Below, in pieces: positions 60,418 through 64,000 of a DNA stretch of 64,000 nt. Position 1 is the first letter of the stretch; the number at the start of each line of letters is the position of its first letter. The position numbers were made by a program, and so were the translations under genes. Under the pieces are notes generated by a model. That model was not told the origin of the DNA. It made no database searches and saw only the letters and a list, made by a program, of their open reading frames with translations. Origin of the DNA: Patescibacteria group bacterium (lineage in GTDB: Bacteria; Patescibacteriota; Kazan-3B-28); contig JBAZNQ010000001.1 of NCBI GenBank assembly GCA_041649135.1, positions 291,037 to 355,036 of the forward strand, in the 5' to 3' direction.

Positions 60418-60521
60418 AACTCTGTCTATTATAGCTATCTCGGTCCTGCTCCGCCAGCTAATCAGGATAATAAAAAGGGGCGAATTGGATTGTCTCCAAC
60501 CGCCCTCTTTGGTGTGTTCCC

Positions 60522-60989
60522 TTAGATATCGCTGTTCTCCACTGGCTTGGCAACTGTCGACGGTATCGCAGTCCCACCGTCGAGCAAGAATGTCACCAGA
60601 CGTCTAGACACTGGATTGAACAACAGATATCCGTTTACCGAAGATATCCGACCGTCTAGCCCCGGATATTCCGTGGGCGCTTCCTTGAAGCGTCGCCCCT
60701 GCCGGTAAACCCAAATCGTCATCTTTCCGTTCTCGGTTTCTGGCTTAATCTCGTCACCCTCTAGTCCTTCATAGCTGACAAGGATCATTTGGCGCACCGT
60801 AGCCACTTCACCGGCCGGATTCGTTATCACCAAGTCTCGCACCACCGGTTCAGACCAGAATGGCATTTTTTCACTTACTGCCGTTCCACACAGCACTATC
60901 ACTCCCAGCAAGATGACAACCATCATTATCGCCAACCCGCCGCCGATGATGTTGGACCAATAAGACTTTCTCCTCACCACACACCTCAA
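60522..60989 (-). CDS. Hypothetical membrane-anchored protein
   Basis: N-terminal TM segment; terminator-like aaagggg/ccctcttt downstream; start uncertain. Confidence 0.6.
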   Translation of the reverse strand: MRCVVRRKSYWSNIIGGGLAIMMVVILLGVIVLCGTAVSEKMPFWSEPVVRDLVITNPAGEVATVRQMILVSYEGLEGDEIKPETENGKMTIWVYRQGRRFKEAPTEYPGLDGRISSVNGYLLFNPVSRRLVTFLLDGGTAIPSTVAKPVENSDI

Positions 60990-61130
60990 TGTTCAAATTA
61001 ACATCATCTGATGTCGGCTCCAGTCTACTATTTTCCCCCTCCCAGTCAAGATAATCTATTCAATCTCACCAATCTAAATAATCTGCACCAATATTCTTTT
61101 GGTTAGATTGGAATAAATTGGATAAATTGG

Positions 61131-62834
61131 TTAGATTTGGCCCGCTATCGCAGGTCTTATCCCCGCTAGTTTATTCTGTGGGAAACTTCTCCCCTGCCAA
61201 GTCGAGATCCCCATCGTAAATGCCACATCATACATTCTGTCTGTTTTCAGATCGAATGTTAGTTCCCAACCATCCCACGCCACCACTTGCAGTTGATTTC
61301 CGGCTTCATCCATAAATGTCAACCGCAAATGTCGGCTACTCGGTCCAAACAATTCGTAGGCAAATAATCTTGCTTTGCTCACCCCCAAAATTGGCAAACT
61401 ATTCCCAAACCCAAATGGTGCAAACCGATGAATTGTTTCCAAAAGTTGTGGCGTTACCAAACTCATCTCCAACCACACCGCAATATTTAAATTCGGCCTC
61501 AAATCTTCATCGCTAATTTCTCGCAATGCTATCTTTTCCAATTCAGTTTGGAATATCTCAAACTTATCTGCTGCTACCGTCAACCCCGCCGCTTTAGCAT
61601 GCCCACCGTAATGGGCGATATGCTGCTCAACTTTTTTCAACAATTCTACGATCTGTACTCCATCCACACTCCGACATGAGCCCCGACATACTTCGTTTTG
61701 AAATTCAAATACCAACGCTGGTCGACTGTATTGTTCCACTAATCGACTCGCTACAATTCCCGCTACTCCGATCGACCATTCCCTATCTCCCACGACAATG
61801 ATTTTTTTATCAAGAAACTCACGCTCTCGTCCAGTCGCGGTTTTCAGCATCTGGTCAGTCATTTCCTGTCGCCGAGCATTTAGATCATTCAATTCTCTTG
61901 CCAAATTCACCGCCGTTTCTCGGTCAGTCGCGTTCAGCAGATCAAATGCCAATTTTGCGTGATCCAATCTGCCCGCCGCATTCAATCGCGGCCCGATTTG
62001 AAATCCTACATGATAAACATCTAGTTCTTGTCCTTTCAATCCTGCCGTTTCGATCAACGCTTGCAGCCCGAGGTTGTTTGTCCGATTTAATAATTTCAAT
62101 CCCTCTACCGCCAACACCCGATTATCACCCGTCAATGGCACTACATCCGCGATCGTCCCCAAGCCCACTAAATCTAAGTACTGTCTCGCCTTGGTCTCTC
62201 CAATTAACTTGCGTACCAAATGATATGTTACTCCTACTGCCGCTAATTCTTTAAATGGATATTGACTATCTGGTAATTTGGGATTGATCAACGCATCGGC
62301 TCGCGGTAGTCCCGTTGGCACCTGATGATGATCCACCACGATCACATCCAGCCCTAAACTTTTTGCTAACGCAATATCATCTACACTCGTTGTCCCGTTA
62401 TCAACAGTAATTAATAGATCAGCACCGTCAGTTTTCAACTGCCGCACCGCTTCTGCGTTCAGACCATAGCCTTCTTTTAATCGCTCCGGCAAATAAACAT
62501 CGATCTTGGCTCCCAAGCTTTTTAACGCCGAACCCAACACCGTCGCCGATGTCACCCCATCAACATCATAATCGCCATACACCACTATCCACTCCCTTTG
62601 CTCAATTGCCTGCCGAATTCGCTCCACCGCCTTATCCAAATCTTTCAGCAAACTCGGATCGTCTAGATTGTCTAGATCTGGGTGTAAAAATCTCTCCGCC
62701 TCTGTCTTGGTAAGTATCCCCCGCTGTATCAAAAGTTGAGCTGTTACAAAGTCGTAATCGCTCAAATCGGCTGGGATTTCTCCCAACTCCGGAGCCGTCC
62801 ATCTAGTTTTCTCACCCGTTAGTATCCCTCTCAT
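61131..62834 (-). CDS. recJ: ssDNA-specific exonuclease RecJ
   Basis: GDYDVDG, ITVDNG, VDHH, GTIADVV, PRLNAAGR, GGHAKAAG. Confidence 0.97.
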   Translation of the reverse strand: MRGILTGEKTRWTAPELGEIPADLSDYDFVTAQLLIQRGILTKTEAERFLHPDLDNLDDPSLLKDLDKAVERIRQAIEQREWIVVYGDYDVDGVTSATVLGSALKSLGAKIDVYLPERLKEGYGLNAEAVRQLKTDGADLLITVDNGTTSVDDIALAKSLGLDVIVVDHHQVPTGLPRADALINPKLPDSQYPFKELAAVGVTYHLVRKLIGETKARQYLDLVGLGTIADVVPLTGDNRVLAVEGLKLLNRTNNLGLQALIETAGLKGQELDVYHVGFQIGPRLNAAGRLDHAKLAFDLLNATDRETAVNLARELNDLNARRQEMTDQMLKTATGREREFLDKKIIVVGDREWSIGVAGIVASRLVEQYSRPALVFEFQNEVCRGSCRSVDGVQIVELLKKVEQHIAHYGGHAKAAGLTVAADKFEIFQTELEKIALREISDEDLRPNLNIAVWLEMSLVTPQLLETIHRFAPFGFGNSLPILGVSKARLFAYELFGPSSRHLRLTFMDEAGNQLQVVAWDGWELTFDLKTDRMYDVAFTMGISTWQGRSFPQNKLAGIRPAIAGQI

Positions 62835-62888
62835 CGTATCGCTATTGTACTCTATTGACCCACCCGACCCATCTTGCTAGGATAATCT

Positions 62889-63154
62889 CGCTGGCGTGCA
62901 TTGGCAAATAGCTGAATATCGTAGACTTGGCCCAAAGCGACACTGGCGCTATTCGCCAGTACACGCCAGCGACCAACTCTGGATTAACCGCACCCGACAG
63001 GTGGGATGCGAGCCTTCTTCTCACGCATGCCGAGAAAGGGCTCGCATCCCTTCACTCCTTCTTGTACCTTCGGGGACACCATCAAGTATTACTCTTGATA
63101 ACCATCATCCCCCTTATGCCCCCGCATACTCATCTGTGCGGGGGTTTCTTTTTG
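62889..63154 (+). ncRNA. Candidate structured non-coding RNA
   Basis: TTGACC-N17-TAGGAT promoter, two long hairpins, intrinsic terminator, no credible ORF. Confidence 0.45.
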
Positions 63155-63163
63155 TATTCCCAT

Positions 63164-63335
63164 CCGCCATTGGAGCTTGAGCGTCCTGAATCAATAAAAT
63201 CCCTCCAATCAGCGTGCCCGCTGTTTGACGACCGTAGGGAGGAGTTCGGTGATAAGCAGATGGAGAGGATTTTGTTAGATTCAGAGCGAAAGCGACTGGC
63301 GGAAACTTTTGTGTTACTTTTCTAGAAAAGTAACC
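63164..63335 (+). repeat. ~173-bp structured dispersed repeat, copy 3
   Basis: Homologous to copies 1 and 2, with compensatory changes. Confidence 0.9.
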
Positions 63336-63538
63336 GCCACCTTCAGTACGGCGTGAGTACTGGAAAAGAAAAATAAACAAAAACATTTTCTGTTTCTGTC
63401 TGGATTCCCGCCGGAGTTTATCCCGACTAGTCGGGGCGGGAATGACAAAAAAGAAAAACGGACAAGCAAAAAGAGACGCTGGATCAAACACCAGCTTGCG
63501 TTTGGTCTCTGCTCGATGGCAATCGGCAAAAAGAAAAA

Positions 63539-64000
63539 CTATTGAATCGGTTTTTGCCGATCAACCGCATTCTGCCACATCAGCAGCAGTGGCGAAGCCA
63601 CAAAAATTGATGAGTAAGTGCCTAAAATTACACCGATCAATAGTGATAGTGTAAAGAAGAACGTTGTCCGTCCGCCCATCAAAGTCATCGCCAACAATAC
63701 CAACACCAAAGTAAAAGTAGTGTTAATTGAACGAGTAATAGTCTCCACGATACTATCATTGACTGTCTGCTCAAAGTTAGCCGCTCCTTTACGGATCAAG
63801 TTCTCCCGCAGACGGTCGTAGGTTACGATCGTGTCGTGCACCGAGAATCCAAGCAGAGTCAGTAAAGCCGTGATGAACATCCCGTCAATCTCCGCACCAA
63901 AGAAATGGCTCAACAAAGAATACACACCCAGCAGAATTACCACATCATGTGCCAATAGAGCCACTACCGCTGTCGCGCCAAATCGCCATGAGTTCGTTGG
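63539..64000 (-). CDS. secF: Protein translocase subunit SecF (3' part)
   Basis: ALLAHDV, GFSVHDTIVTYDRLREN, GTYSSIFVASP. Confidence 0.95.
   Translation of the reverse strand, partial: PTNSWRFGATAVVALLAHDVVILLGVYSLLSHFFGAEIDGMFITALLTLLGFSVHDTIVTYDRLRENLIRKGAANFEQTVNDSIVETITRSINTTFTLVLVLLAMTLMGGRTTFFFTLSLLIGVILGTYSSIFVASPLLLMWQNAVDRQKPIQ

Noticed and set aside
1-64000. Alternative genetic code (UGA=Gly, as in some CPR lineages)
   Set aside because: Conserved genes are intact under code 11, several end at TGA (folD, frr, hisS), and prfB is present.

Overview
A 64-kb chromosomal segment, most likely from a Patescibacteria (CPR) bacterium using genetic code 11. Supporting signs are an alpha2-type GlyRS, tsf-frr with no pyrH between them, short ftsA-ftsZ context, few biosynthetic genes and many near-leaderless genes. 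Most genes lie on the - strand: glyQS, rplI, S41 and M23 peptidases, ftsX/E, prfB, secA, serS, lysS, greA, folD, rseP, uppS, frr, tsf, rpsB, an RND transporter, tRNA-Val(CAC), rplU, ileS, nrdJ/nrdR, ftsZ/ftsA, ybeY, rpsU, hisS, recJ and secF; lepB is on +. Notable content: (1) A complete diversity-generating retroelement (DGR). Its RT and avd overlap head-to-head across a shared C9/G9 tract, and its TR/VR pair has 18 mismatches, all at TR adenines. (2) Three Avd-like four-helix-bundle genes, each bracketed by inverted arrays of its own 7- or 9-nt repeat family. The same arrays also form gene-less composite elements and in-frame insertions in PrfB, SecA, IleS and the RND protein; this is my best candidate for an undescribed mobile or RNA-processing system. 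(3) An array of four small orphan ORFs, each with its own promoter, shared leader motif and shared terminator. (4) A small islet beside secA that leaves a duplicated secA 5' end. (5) Several structured repeat families and a candidate ncRNA. All calls come from reading the sequence by eye; no database searches were run.
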